NCBI RefSeq assembly: GCF_000181795.1
Contig: NW_003526941.1
Span: 6,678,428-6,742,427, forward strand
DNA: 64,000 nucleotides
Source: Trichinella spiralis
Lineage: Eukaryota
Reading direction: 5' to 3'
Part shown: positions 1-13,766 of the stretch, piece after piece
How positions within the stretch are numbered: position 1 is the first letter of the stretch
Layout of the letters: each line of letters starts with the position of its first letter
Made by a program: the position numbers and the translations under genes
Notes under the pieces: generated by a model
What the model saw: the letters and a program-made list of their open reading frames with translations, nothing else
Databases searched by the model: none
Told to the model about the DNA's origin: nothing

Positions 1-1885
1 TTTTTTAATTTACGCCTTAACATTATTTGTGATAGACAGAGACTTTCATCTGTAACGTAATGAGAACTTTGTTGTTGTTCAGCAATTACTATAATCTTTG
101 GTGTTGGCTCATTACATTGTTATACGTTTTCAAAGCATACATGCATTTCTAGGTCAGAAGAGTAACTTTATGCAAATGTGATGGTAAACACTGCCGTTGG
201 CATTCCGCTACGTGCACTGTGTGTTATTCAAATTCGGTAGCAATGTTCCTTATATAAATTTCTGTTTATTGAGGGAACTCCATTATAGTATAAATGTTCG
301 CTGCTGAAGGGCGGTCTAATTACTTACTGCGTTGCGTTATTCGGTCATTTTCATGGTTCAGTTCAACAAATACGTTGTGATTGTTCGACTAAAAATATGA
401 AGAAACCACGAACATCTGTTACAAAATGTATGACTCTATGTTTGCTTTATACGTCATCCCTGACAGGTCTGCTGACAGGTATGAAATTTCATATATTTTC
501 TATTTTTCATACAATGTTTTCTTTCTTTCTCTTGGCACACTGCACAAAACATGCGCGCTTTTTAAGCTTTTCGTAGTTGTTTGATTTTAGTCTTCTTGAA
601 TGGAAACTAGCGTGTTGTTCTTCAGTAATGATGTTCAACTAATATTCGAGCCTTTATTACGGCCAAGCCAATATATAATAGTACTAATGGTATATTTTGC
701 TATGATTTTCAATCGTCCTTACAAATCCATTTGTAAAGTAGTACTTTGACATAGCAGTTGAACCCCTCCCGCATTATCTTTACTGCCCACTGTAATGTTT
801 ATTGCTAAGGTAACATACTTGCCCAATTGTTTAAATTAGATGTCTGTCACGGGGATACTAAAGTCGCACAATCGCACCCCTAAATGCTTGTCATTGCTCA
901 AATCGTGCACAAGATTGTTTCAGCATGACATAGGAAAGCTGCTGTTAGCTAGAGAACACACTTTTATACTAACATCTTTGATACTTTCAGAATGGCAGTA
1001 ACGTTCCCTTCATTTTTGAAATGAATCCGTAAAGATTCTATTATGATATTGTACCGCCCATAGCACTGACTTATACAGATGCACCTATTTTATGTCATTA
1101 AGAAAATAACTCAATGCCCATCAATGTTATCAGTATTGATAAATGAAGCAACACCTGAATGTTATATATGAATATTGAATGGAAGATCGCATATGGCAAC
1201 TTCCACCTCCTCCATCCTTTAACCTCTCCCTCATTCCTTCCTGCTATGCTGTCCCGCCCTCCTTTCCTTTCTAATGATCACCATCATTGAGCTCGTAATA
1301 ATACTAAGCTGAACAGAGATCGCATTCAACTGAAAATGCTGCCCACCCCCTATTTCGAGCTGAATGAACAGCACTTAGCTGTTTTCATCTCATATAAATC
1401 TAATTTCTCATAATTGTTATCGACTAGCAATATAACCAAATCCATGCTACTTGTGATTTTTTTGTTTTATTCCTTTCATGAAATACAATACAGAATTGTC
1501 AACCGCATAAGTTTCTTGAATTCATTGCAAATCGTTGAGTTACATAATTTGTGCTGGTAGGTTTATCTCACATTGTATGTGGCGCGCTGATGCAGTGCTC
1601 AACCAAGTTTCCAGTCTTACTATAAATCATCATAAGGTGTAAACGAAAGTTTAGTTAAAACAAAATTTTAATAGTAAATAAGCTGTCAAGGGGCATACCC
1701 ACTGGTGCAGCCGCTTACCATCATGATGTCTACGGTGCGCACTTGTTAAATTCTGTGCTGAGATTAATTGTATATTACAAAATTTCTGTCGCCGTTATCA
1801 TCATAAAATTTCATGACAACTGTTTAATTTTCCATAAATCTGTAAAAGTATTTTATTTTCGAAACTTTTCAGTGGAAGCTGTTTT

Positions 1886-1895
1886 NNNNNNNNNN
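1886..1895. other. Assembly gap (10 N)
   Basis: Run of 10 N. Confidence 0.99.
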
Positions 1896-4800
1896 TATTT
1901 TTGGAAATAAAATTCTTCTATAACTTTCCTTGTGTTCATTTATGATTTATTCTTTTTTTTTTGAATTTGCATTTCTGAATGTTGAATTGTGAGCGATGAT
2001 TTGCTTGCTTGTTGCAGAATTGGATCTTATCCTGTTACAATGCAGGGCCCTGAACAACGGGAACGCTGCGTGCTTTCCTGATTAAGGAATTTTTTGCTCT
2101 CTAGAATCACTGCTTGTTGGAATGTGGCATTCATTGCTTCCGGATGTACCGTAAGATTTTTGCCAACTGCCTAATTTTTCCTGTTGCTCAAAAAAAAAAG
2201 GTCTAAGCAATTTCGTTTGAAAACTTTCTTAGGCTCACGTTGACTTGACCTATGATATTTTTGTTTCTTTGGTGATGATTTAAAATGCTTGAAAGAAATG
2301 AATGCTGATTCATATGATAATTGATCTGTGATTGCTTCGTCTGTTGAAACTCGATCCACATTATTTGCTTGATCATGTCGATCTGTCGACGTTCTCACGC
2401 AAATTATGACGTTTCAAAAATCAATTCCATGCACACACATGCAGATACATGTAAATATACAATATATATGTAATTGGTGAATCCTGAATGGGTATTCACT
2501 CTTATAAAATTATGCCTTAATTACGGGTAATATCTTTGAATATTAAAATTGTCCTTATTCTATATATATATACATATACATGTAATGTGCATTTTTCAGG
2601 TTGTTTATATTTAAATTATGAATTCATTCAAGAGGTATAAATGTAAATAAAATCAAAATAGAATTAATAGTTCTAATTTCATGATTAATGAAATGCTTGG
2701 CAATTTGATTGGCAGAGAAGATTGTTGACTTTTAGTTCTGCTTTCATCATTTCACCAGTAACAACAAAATAGCCCCATTCAAAAATGTAATAGAATAATT
2801 CAGAATTACATACATATCGAGTTATTTTTAGTGCTTTAATGTGAAATATTCCTTATACAATTTTCTAAGTACGAACCTTTAAAATTGTTCAATGCTTGAA
2901 TTCAAACAGCAAGATCATACGTTAAAATTTGCATGAAATTTCTAGTAAACTAATACGACGCCTATTTTTCTTTACGTTCAGTTCAGCAAGCATAGTTTTC
3001 ACAACCGTCAATGGCAAATCACATCGACGGATGCATGCTTGCAATATAAAACGATCACATTACTGCTTAGATCTACATACCATTGGATAGCGAAAATAAA
3101 TCAAATTAATTAAACTTATGAATTTAGTTCCAAAGTTAAAGTCACGTCAAAATTATTCGACCACTGAGATTGGCGTCAGGTCGATAAAATGCAAATTTTC
3201 GTGCGTGGCCTTGCCGTTTGTTTGCTTTGGTGCTATAGCTCGTTACAATCCTCAACTTTCAACATATATACAACTTCATTTAATATACTATTTTGTAACA
3301 TTTCAATGATAACTAGCGGTGGTAAATAGCATAATAGTTATTATTTGTTGTAAAATTGCATAACATATATTGTTTTTTTTGTGATTTTAGATTGACAATC
3401 GTGAAAATTTTTGTTTACTCAGGGTACTGAAAAGCAGACACAGTGAGGCTTGTTCACCAGAAAATGTATGCAAATTTTTATTCCATTGAGATGCTCACGC
3501 TTACGTGTCTTTAGTTTCAATGATTGCCGGGGTACGGTGTGAAGGTACGTGTGCAGTGGCTTTTTCACTGCGATCATGATCATGGAATAATATTTAAAAC
3601 GACTTTGCTTTTCGTTTGTTATTTTTCATTTCTTCAAATTAATTCATGTGCATTTGGAGAAGCGTGAATACAAAATGAAGATGAAAAACTGGAAGGCAGC
3701 TGTCTTATTAGTAAGTTACATTTGCTTTACTTATTCTGCAACTGATACAATGTCTAAGCTCAGAATATACAATGAATCTGCAATTTCTATTAGAACGAAG
3801 TAATACAATTTTCTTGAGTTTCGAAAATTTACATACAACATAATGAACACTTTACAAGCTTTGCAAAATAGTTCTTTTATATTGCCATCTCTGTTATAAA
3901 TGAGACTGATATATGTGAAGTATTTTCAATTTTCACATTAGTGAGCATATTAATTGTTATTTTTTATAATATTACTGAGATGTGGTTGAGATGGTCTTCA
4001 ACGACATGAAGACGCCTATTCAGGGAAGTAGCATTCTTTTTTGATTGATCGTTATAACTTCAAATTATAATAAATAAAAAATAGATGTTGAGTCTGTAAT
4101 GATTCTATTTTGTGAACTTCACGTGTAAATGAAAAGCAATAATATGTTATTTTTGAGAAAATATTTTTAAAAATAGCATATTTTTAAGTTTTGCTGCGTA
4201 TTAAGGCAAGCATTTGATTTAATGTTCGGCATTTCAATAGATTCGAAGAAGAATGAAGAGGAATGAAGCCGAACGGGAAACAAAAAGCATGTGTGGTTAC
4301 CGTGGGTCCCTATTGTGTAGGTCTGGTGTGGTGATATTTCAAAAGGGTGAAGTTATTCCGTAGTTTAATTAAGCTAGGGAGATAGTTGTATGGTTGAGAT
4401 TGGAAATAATGCAGTATTTGGGCTTTGAGGCAACAAAATCGTTGTATGCAATTGTTTTCATGAGTCGTAATATTTTGAAATTTTCATTTGTTAACTTTTA
4501 TTTATTTTTTTTCATACATCCCATTGCTTAATTTCAAGACATGCAAGTTAACAGTGTAAAATAACTTTCCACTCAAAATTTTATAAAGTTAGTTGTAAAT
4601 TGTGTAAAGTGAAATGTAAAAGCAACCAGTCGTGTGAGGTGCTCTTCGGATGCCTTTATCCGGATGTGCGTTGAGCTTGTCAGTAAACAAAGTTCACTTG
4701 ATTAGGGTCACTATACAAGGCGGAACCGATATTGCTCAGCAAGCAGTGCATAGTTGCTGAACGGAAAATTTAATATCCGCGCATTATTGACTTGGTTAAC

Positions 4801-5040
4801 GCACGCTGATTTGATTGAACAAATTTGTTCCTATTGGAAAATATACTATTATCGTAATGAAATTTTCTTCAACAATTGTAACAATAGCAAGCTGTTGAAT
4901 GCCACACGTATAGTTGAGTAAATTAGTCAAATATGTGAACATCAGTTAACACTGTATGAACATAGATAATCAAATATTTCAAACTTTTCAATAGAGACGA
5001 CACTGTCTAACGCATTAATAAATACGGCCAACTTCAATGT
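1896..5040 (+). repeat. Copy 1 of ~3.15-kb direct duplicate of 48634-51796 (probable contig-end overlap)
   Basis: Near-identical to 48634-51796; ORF 3118..3309 matches ORF 49861..50052 with two aa changes. Starts exactly after an N gap. The first ~450 nt are heavily mismatched, like a low-quality read end. Confidence 0.95.
1980..2245 (+). pseudogene. Degraded copy of the last synaptotagmin exon (48724-48985); probably low-quality sequence rather than a true pseudogene
   Basis: Shares gatgatttgctt, ggaacg, ggaatgtggcattcattgcttccggatgtaccg and gaaaactttc with 48724-48985. It has substitutions that create stops and has lost the cag acceptor. Confidence 0.4.
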
Positions 5041-8000
5041 GATTTTAAAAATTGAGAATATTTAAACAGTTGTTCCAGGTTTGATTGGGTTTAAATGCAA
5101 CTTCAAAAATTAATTTTAATTTATTGAATCAATAAATAAACTACACAAATAAATATTTTAAAAAAGGAATAATTTGACATTCTCCAGATCAGAAAAAAGG
5201 AGCTCACAAACAATGAAAATCTGAAAAATATTAACAAACACACAAATAAGACCAAAGACATTAGTTAATCAGTCAAAGATGTTAATTGCAGTTTTATTTA
5301 TCTTACGAAAATATCAGGACATGATTAGTTACACTTTTCATTTGTAATCCCATATATAAGTAATTTTTCAATAAAAATATTTCAGCATTCAATTTTCATA
5401 AAATACCTTTTAAATTTATATCAATGTTACTTGCGCGTCATTAAGAGCATACAGTTTTGATAGGCTTTCAAACTAGTCTTCTGAATAATAATTAATAATG
5501 AAGTAGGAAAGTAACACTTTAATTTTTAATTTAATTAAAGTATTTTATTGGATTATATTAAAAAACTTATTGTACGTCATCTCTTGTCGACATTTTCCTA
5601 ACGTGCAGTTCAAACTATGTTCAATTTCAAACAATTCAAACATTTTAAACTAAGAGAAGTTGCAATAAATGGAAATTTATCTGAAAGTAATGCGTCATTT
5701 CATAGGGTTTATTTAAATTTTTTTAGAACTTCCTTGCGCCTTAAGAGTCGAACAGTAATAGATGGGCATTTGGAAAACGGTTTTGAATAATAATTAATGT
5801 CGTGGCTTGTTCCTAGTTGTTCATTAGACTTTCAAAAGGCATTACGCTGTTACAGAGTAAACAGTTGGTCATTCTACCAAAGGTAATATGACGTACTGTT
5901 TGCATAATTTACTTACTCTTTCTTATACATCATTTCAGAATGTTCTCTTTATGGTCAATGTGATTATCACTAGACAAGCAACGCGTTCAATTCTACTCTT
6001 TAATATCATCGATCATTGAAGGTAAGTTCTTTTTTTCAAGCTGAGCTAACGTTCTGTGCAAGCATATGATGTTTGCAGGACTTCAGCTATATGTCTGCGG
6101 AAAACTAACATATATTTATTTCATTTCCATTGGCTAACCTTCAGATCAGCTCAGTCGATGCTTCGATGGGAAATTGCCTATCATATCGATAAATATTTCA
6201 TTTTGGTTGCTGAGAAATTTGCTAAAACTCCAATTTATCAATATTGAGATTTGTAAAAGCATTGTAAACAGCAAAATTGTTTCAACTTTCTTATCAAAAC
6301 TGATCATGTTTAATATAAGGTATTTGTAAACGGTTATTAGTTATTATTCAATATTTCCGTAATGATAATGTGACGTAAGTATATGACGGTAAGTGATATT
6401 TCATTCCTGAGCTTCTGTTCTGTTCATATACGGTTCACATCAAACAACCTCTTAATCACAAATGGAGGGTGAACAATATGGTGCAATTTTAATGTACTGA
6501 AGAATCCATGAGAAACTTGCTGAATAATTGGTGACCGCTGTCAGTGCGCTTTTTTTTTGCGTTTTACCTTTTTTTTCTGCATAAACCAATATGAGTAGTA
6601 AGAGTAAGTTTTCACTTGATCGGTTGGTGGTTTTTCATCCAAGACTGCAAGTAGACAAACCCTGCTTCACGATACTTTTAACAGCGTATATTGTAGTTTG
6701 GAATAGAAAAAGAAAAAAATTAATGATAAATAATTTCAGTTGTGCTTGTTGTTGACAGAAAATGTCTCTGCAAAAGCTGTTCAATTAATTATTTTGTTTT
6801 GTTTGTAAAATTCATTTTACTTCTCATACAATCGACATTTGTTGAAAGAACAATTCAGATTATTCAAATTAATTGATCAATTGTACATTCGCTTTGATTT
6901 TTCACAGTCGATTTTGCCATTTCATCTGTCATACTGATGAACGTGGTTTTATCGTCTCTGGTATTATGATACGTAATAATTTTTCATCAATTATTCCACA
7001 TTTTACTTTGAAAATACTCCCTGTACAGTTCTGATTTGTAGTGGTAAAATTTTACAGTTTTCTTTACTGTGATAGATATTTGATGCCCTTCTTGGACAAA
7101 CTGTTTCGACTGAAATTTCTGACTAAACGATGTACTTTATTGTACAAATTGGAATATATGAACACGAAATAAGGAGATGAACAACTAAGTGAGCAGCTGA
7201 CAATTTCTCCCAATCAAACCACGATAAAGTACACTACTGGATGAGTTCCATGGTTCTGTATGCCGTTATCTGAGACTATTTTCTAATATTGTTGACATAG
7301 TACAACACACGAGTTGGTAAAGTAATGAATGTGAAAGCGCGTGATGATAGTATAAGAAATTTGATATATTGTGATTCGAGAGTGAACAACAGTTTTGTCT
7401 AGGTTTTTTTTTGAATTTTATTCAATGAATTTTAAAAAGAAATAAATTGAACTTAATAATATACAATTATAATTTCAATAATGTTTATATTGTTATTGAA
7501 AATAAAAAATTGTAATTGTTAATTTTCGCTTTTACAAATTTGTCTCTGTAGATAACGTTTTCGGTTCTTTAGGAGCTTTCAATTGCCTAGAATACCTTGC
7601 TCGACGTCGCTTCTGAAATCATTTACAATGTAATATTTTATCTGAATATCCAATTACTGTTACTAATACTAATACTAATATTAGCAAAGAGGAAAGTTCC
7701 AATAATTCTAACTTATCCCTTGACAGCTTCATAATTATAATTTTACTTTTTCACACCTGATATATTTATGTTTAACTTGATAAAACTTTCCTGTTCAATA
7801 TTTTACAGTAATTAGCTGTTATGTAATTAGAGGTGAATTTATTCAGTTTGGAAAATTAATGTGATAAATTGACAATGTAAAAAATTCTTACTCGATGGCG
7901 ACGCACTGCTTTTCCACTTAGATAAAGGAAAGCCACTGCCACTAATGAACAAATGGCAATTACTGTAGTTACATAGGAATTTGATAGCGTTATTGCAATT

Positions 8001-8293
8001 TCCTCGAGTGTGCTGACAGCTGAAATGATGCTAATTAATTAATGTAATTTAATGTGCAATTTTCTACAATTATATTTTCCTACCCTCTTCGCATAATGTG
8101 CCTTTGAAGCCATGTGCACAAAGGCATTGGAAGTGTGTTTCACTTAAAACTGCACAACAGCCACCGTTTTTGCAAGAATTCTTCTTGCACAAGCCAGTAT
8201 CTAAGAAAGTACAAGAATGTTAGTTGTTGTATTGATTTGAATGGGCAAAGGGGATTCTGTTATGCATTTTATTGTTGTTTTATTACTGAATTA

Positions 8294-8303
8294 NNNNNNN
8301 NNN
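8294..8303. other. Assembly gap (10 N)
   Basis: Run of 10 N. Confidence 0.99.
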
Positions 8304-8392
8304 AATTTAATTTTTAAAATTTGAATAAGAACAAATTTGTAATTTAATCGACGAAGAAAGGGAGAAAATTTTTCAATTTGACATAAAAGGAA

Positions 8393-11137
8393 TCACTCTA
8401 CTACCACCAACCATTCTGTAGGGTAGTAATGTGAGGCTCCTAAAACCGGTGCTGGCGTTTGTTGTTGATGATGATGGTGCGTAGCTGATGTTCCAGCAAA
8501 CAGTCCCATCGGTGGGGTTGGAGTGACAGGGTCTGGAGCGAGTGGTCCAAAATGAGCTGCACCCATTAATGGCATCGGGTTTGGTAATGAACTGACCGAA
8601 TCGAGGGTCTTTCGGGTACCAGTGCAAGGTTTACCGTCGTGAACGAGCAATGGAATCGAGATCCGTCTACTAGACATCAGCGAATTATTCAAATGACTCG
8701 GGCCAATTGTTCGATCATGAATGCCTTTTTTGGTTTTGTATCTGGAGAAAAAAACAGTCACCAGTTAGTTGTATCAGTTCTCAACAGTTTTATACGGCAC
8801 GTTAATTAAGGGGGCCATTTTTTAACAAGGTCCTCTCAGGTATAACAAATGTGGTGAAAACAGTTTTCAGCTAAAATATCCTCTGGAGAATCTGAATGCA
8901 CACGTAAGAGAATATCTAAATAGTTGAACTAAATCACTGCCACAAATGCACTTCAAAATTATGGTTTCATACTGTAAGCAGGAAATGAACAAACTCAGAA
9001 ACTTAAACGGAAGGCGTGGCTGTGAAAATGATCGAACTCTGGCTATGTTATTGAAGAGTTTGGGTAATATTAGTCACGAGAGCAATGGTGGGTTTTATAA
9101 TCGGCACGTTGGTGGAATTTCTCTCGTCTCACTCATTCTTAGTCTACTGTACTGTTTGTTCTTTGTCAAAATTGGCCCTTTTTAGAACTGACTTACGGTA
9201 ACCCACCCACTGAGATCGAACTCTTCTATCAGCGCTTACGCAAGTTTTGCATTTAGTAAATTTTCCACATGCTGTGCAAAATTTTCCTTTTGTACTGATT
9301 TCCAGTTGTTGAACAGAAACTGCATGTCGTCGAATGCATTCTTTGCACATTCTTTATCATCATTCTTAATTACTCTTTTATGAGAAAAGTTTCAACTTGA
9401 TGAACATTTGCACTTTAGCATAAATGAAAGAAAAAAAATATTTTCTTAAATACGTGCTTTTTGAAATTGCTTGACTTCCCTTTGTGATTCTTGTTTATAA
9501 TTTATAACTGGTAATGCAATTAATAAATAATTAACTTCGTCTTCTCTCTTTCAAGCCTTGAATAGCTTTAAATTTGAATTTATTACTTTTTGACATAAGT
9601 GTAGATAGATAGATGTAAGGTTTCACCACAAATAACCGTGAGAGGTTGAAAATAAAAGCGTTAAATTTTATGTGAAGCATTGCAAATCTTCGATGAGAAA
9701 TAATAGCATATCTATTTTGAGCCTTTTGTCAACAAAAATGTAAACCTGTTTTATTGCTCAAACTTTGAATTCATAGCATTATTAGTTTAAATTTACATTT
9801 TTTAGAATGACATTTTCCCTTTATTAACTTAATGCAACTTCATATTAAGCCAAATTTCCAATATGATTCATGCATATAACAGTGAATAGCAGCATTAATT
9901 GATCATAGCAAAAAATATTGTTGAAATAAATCTTAAAATAGTTTTAATTAATGTGAAATTGGTAGAAGTTATGCATTGAAAAAAAAGACAAATAATTTTC
10001 TTACCTGTGATTTTGAAACCATATTTTTACCTGGGTTGGTGTCAAGCGAATTTGCTGTGCAAGAAGTTCACGTTCCGGTGCAGACAAATAACGTTGTTGA
10101 CGAAAGCGTCGCTCTAATTCGACCGTTTGAGATTTCGAGAACAATATTCGACGTTTTCTTTTCTTTGTCGACGATGTGGTTTGCTTTTTTGCCGTCACAG
10201 GTTCCGTTTTATCAGACAATTCCGAACCATTTGGGATATGCTTTTCATCCGTTGTTATATTATTAGCGCTGTTTTGTTGTTTAGAATCTGGATTTGGACT
10301 GTCAAGTTTGGCAGACGCTTGTCTGTGAATCGGAGAACGTGTTGATTTATCCGCAGTAATTTGATGAAACGGTTGATCTAGCATGTAAGCGTCTGTCAAC
10401 GAAGATGGCGAGAGGTGGCGATAATGGTAAAAATCTGTCTGTACAGCACTAGCCGGGGTTTGTTGCGGATATCTGACGGAAAATGTTGCTTGAAGCCACG
10501 GTGATGGCGATGTGGCGACTGGCATACGACCGTTACAATAGCCGGTTGTTGGTGCTTGATCGAATGCGTGTCGTAAATGGAGCTGTACACCGTTTGCATA
10601 TTGAAAATGACTGGGTTTTGCAAAAGATGTTGGTGTATATTCATGTCCAACTGAATGATGATTATAATGCGTGCAGTCATTTATGGGGGTGTTGGGTGTG
10701 GCAGAGAAGAGATCGTTTAGCTGATGAGGATGTTGTTGTTCTTGTTGATGATGCTGATGAAGCGTGACCTGCTGTGATTGCTGCTGTTGCTGATTATGTT
10801 GGTTGTGAAAAGGTGAGACATTATGCTGCTGCTGCTGTGGTTGAGGATGATGGTACATCAAGGCAACCGCAAAACGATTTTTCGAGGACAACTGTCGACG
10901 CTGGCTGGGCAATTGAAGTATATCCTTGACGGAAAAGCAAGTGGTTCGTTTGGATCGTTGCTCTGTTAGCCGCTCTTGGCTAGCCGGTCGACAATCTTCT
11001 AGCTGGTCTTGCTTCTGCTGCTTCTTATTGTCGTCGACAACTTGGTCCACTTTTTCAGTGCTCTCAAGTTGGCTAGTCAGCGTTTCGGCGCTGGCCGCCG
11101 GTTGGGTCAATTGGGCGTCGCCGGTTGAAGTCAACAT
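8393..11137 (-). CDS. ceh-22: NK2-class homeobox transcription factor (Nkx2.2/vnd/CEH-22 type), 2 exons, ~493 aa as assembled
   Basis: Exons 11137-10005 and 8741-8393, joined by AG|gtaag and ctccag|A. TN/eh1 motif FSVKDIL. Homeodomain [59 protein letters not shown] with the NK2-diagnostic Tyr54. NK2-specific domain [19 protein letters not shown]-rich N-terminal region. Start codon assumed to be the first ATG. Confidence 0.92.
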
Positions 11138-11351
11138 CAGCCTGGGCGCAACTTTCAAGTAGCTAATTTCACGTCGAATAAACAAAACACTACTTCAATA
11201 AGCACACAGAAATTGATGAAGCTTTTTCGAGCTCGGCCGGTTTTCACGGTCAGACCTGATCCGCTTGTCGGCTACTGACGTTTACGCTCCGATCCGGTAC
11301 TTTGCACTGTGGTCGACGGCTAACCGAATCCGGTCATTTTCATCACCTTGA

Positions 11352-11396
11352 CCAATCAACGTTGCTCGTCACCGATTGGTTAACATAACCGCCAAT
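11352..11396. promoter_or_regulatory. Cluster of three CCAAT boxes upstream of the NK2 gene
   Basis: CCAAT at 11352-11356, ATTGG at 11375-11379 and CCAAT at 11392-11396, in a GC-richer stretch ~215-260 bp upstream of the ATG. Confidence 0.4.
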
Positions 11397-13766
11397 CATA
11401 CTAAACGAACAAAACTCCCTAATACAGCATATTCCATGTCGATTATTTAATTTTCTTACTTCCGTATTTATTATATGCACACGCACACACGCGCATATGT
11501 ATATACGCGTTTATTATACACGTACACCTATGCAGATTATAATACTGTATTATGATTGTTTGTTTTACTTTTCTAGTCTCATTTAGCGGTCACATGTGTG
11601 AATGTGTATTAGTATTGACGTAGTTTTTCAAAGGCGCCGTCATGTCTGCGGAAATACTCATGTCACTTTACGGCAAGGTGTGAATCTCTCCGTGTGACTT
11701 TAAGTGATCTTCACGATTGCGAGTAACATGTGCGAGATGTGATGAAAAAAGTATCAATGAAAAGCAACAAACAGTTCATTTCATGTTTCCTTTGAATGAT
11801 TTTATTCTTTTTTTTTTGAAAATCAGTTTTATGCGAATGTCATTTATGAGGTATTTATTTATTTATTTATTTATTTACTGCTTTTAGAATCCATTTAATA
11901 ATTTATCTGATGAATAAGAGTAGACAATTTCTCACTTGCACACCCATTCAAAAATCCATTTATCATTGAAGAAACGCATGAGACTTCTGCTCCTAATTGC
12001 ACTTTTCCATTCAGCGAATGGAATAGAAAGCTAAAGTTATTCTGCTTTAGGCTTGAATGGTGTAAATTGTAAAATTAGTAAATTGAAGTTGCAAGTTGCT
12101 CAGATGAATTATCAAATTATATTATTCAGCTTGTAATCATATTTTCAGTTCAACGTAAAACGTATAAATATTTTTTGCTTTATTTGTTTTTCATAATTTT
12201 TGTGAAATAAAATTGGTTGCAATAAAAATTTTATGAATGATTTTTGTCCAGGTTAATGATTAGATTAGATAAACGGATTGTTTGTTCTTTATCATCTCTA
12301 TTAATGAGTTTTTTTTCGAAAAGAATATTTAATAATAAAGAACTGTGCAAAGCTTTCTGTCACTGTCACTGACTTTTTATTAATGCAAATGTTTAGCAGT
12401 AATGTTCAGAAACTTCAAAAAATCTGTCGTGCATGCTTTGTTTGTTCGTCGATGATTTTCATATGTATTTGACATATTTTTTTGAATACAACATGGGAAG
12501 CATTATTGCAATAGAAATGCCTTTTGCAGTGAAGCTAGAGATTTATGCTTGAGAAATACAAACAATTCTGAGACAGAAAAATGCACCTTGGTATCAAATG
12601 GCAGGTGTAAATTGACACCAAAGCATCAACTGTCATTATAAGCTTAACTAGTGAAACTGGTCATTTGTTCGTTATAGAAAGTAAACGTTTTCAACTATAA
12701 CTTTAGCATGTTGATGATAAATTAATTTGAAGGCAGAAATGTTGAGAAAATAGTATTTGCGAATCAAAACAATAATTCCTAAATAGTGCCGTGCTAGCTG
12801 GATTCAACACTGACTGCTTGGTGGGAATAATGCTTAGCCAGTCCATATGTAATTAATATTCATTTATCGGAGTCAACTTTAAATCTTTTATTACATCACT
12901 GCTATGCAGGTTGTTAAATAGTGTTTTTTACAATTAAAATACTACTGAAATTCATAAAAAAATTTATATCTAAAATACAAAAAGAAACAGCTTCTTTTAG
13001 GAAGCATAAAAAGCAGAATGTCATGGTTATGGGCAATGTGTGGTTGTTTTTGGCTTTTCTTTTAGTCTTATGCATCATAATAAACAAGTGAAAATCTTAA
13101 ATTATAATATTGCGAATTGTAAAGAAAAAAATTAATTAACATAAACAAAAAATGAAAGCACTAATGAAAAATCATTCCTCTCATACCAAAAAATTAAGAA
13201 TTTGTCAATAATGCATTATTTGAACGGATAATTAATATTTTTAAAAAATTAATACATTTAAACTTAGAAAGTTGATAACAGTTTGATTTAATGTATATAT
13301 TTATTGCTTACGCAATATTCGTTATGTTTACGTACTTGAATAAATTACAGTTGTCTTACTGTAAAGATTTTTTCAGAATTTAAAAGAGTGAGAATTCTTC
13401 ATGCTGTGTCTTTTGTATTGAATGTCAAATATATAAAAAATTGTTAATAAATTTGTTTAAAAAAATTCCTGTCGCGCTGCTACTTTTTCATTGTATACCA
13501 TATCATTGATATTTGACTTTATATTTTGTAGCGTTTTGTTTCTGTGCTACGTTGTTTTTGAAATTATTTTTATTATACATTATAAGTAGCATAATGCATC
13601 CTTTTTTGTTTAGCAGGAAATTAGTAGGATGTTGTGTGAAATTTATAGCACTAGAGCATAATTCTTTGTTAAAAGATGTAGAGGAAAATTTAATAGTTTG
13701 TTTAAGATTCGAATTCAGCGGAATTGTGTAACTGAACTTATAGAGGTTGAAATCAAGAACCCAAAA

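Noticed and set aside
1815..1885. Faint resemblance of the first contig's end to 48905-48984
   Set aside because: Only short AT-rich matches with many gaps; cannot be distinguished from chance.
3118..3309. 63-aa ORF present twice (also 49861-50052), suggesting a conserved small gene or mobile element
   Set aside because: Identity is explained by the contig-overlap duplicate. There are no TIRs, LTRs, target-site duplications or recognisable domains.
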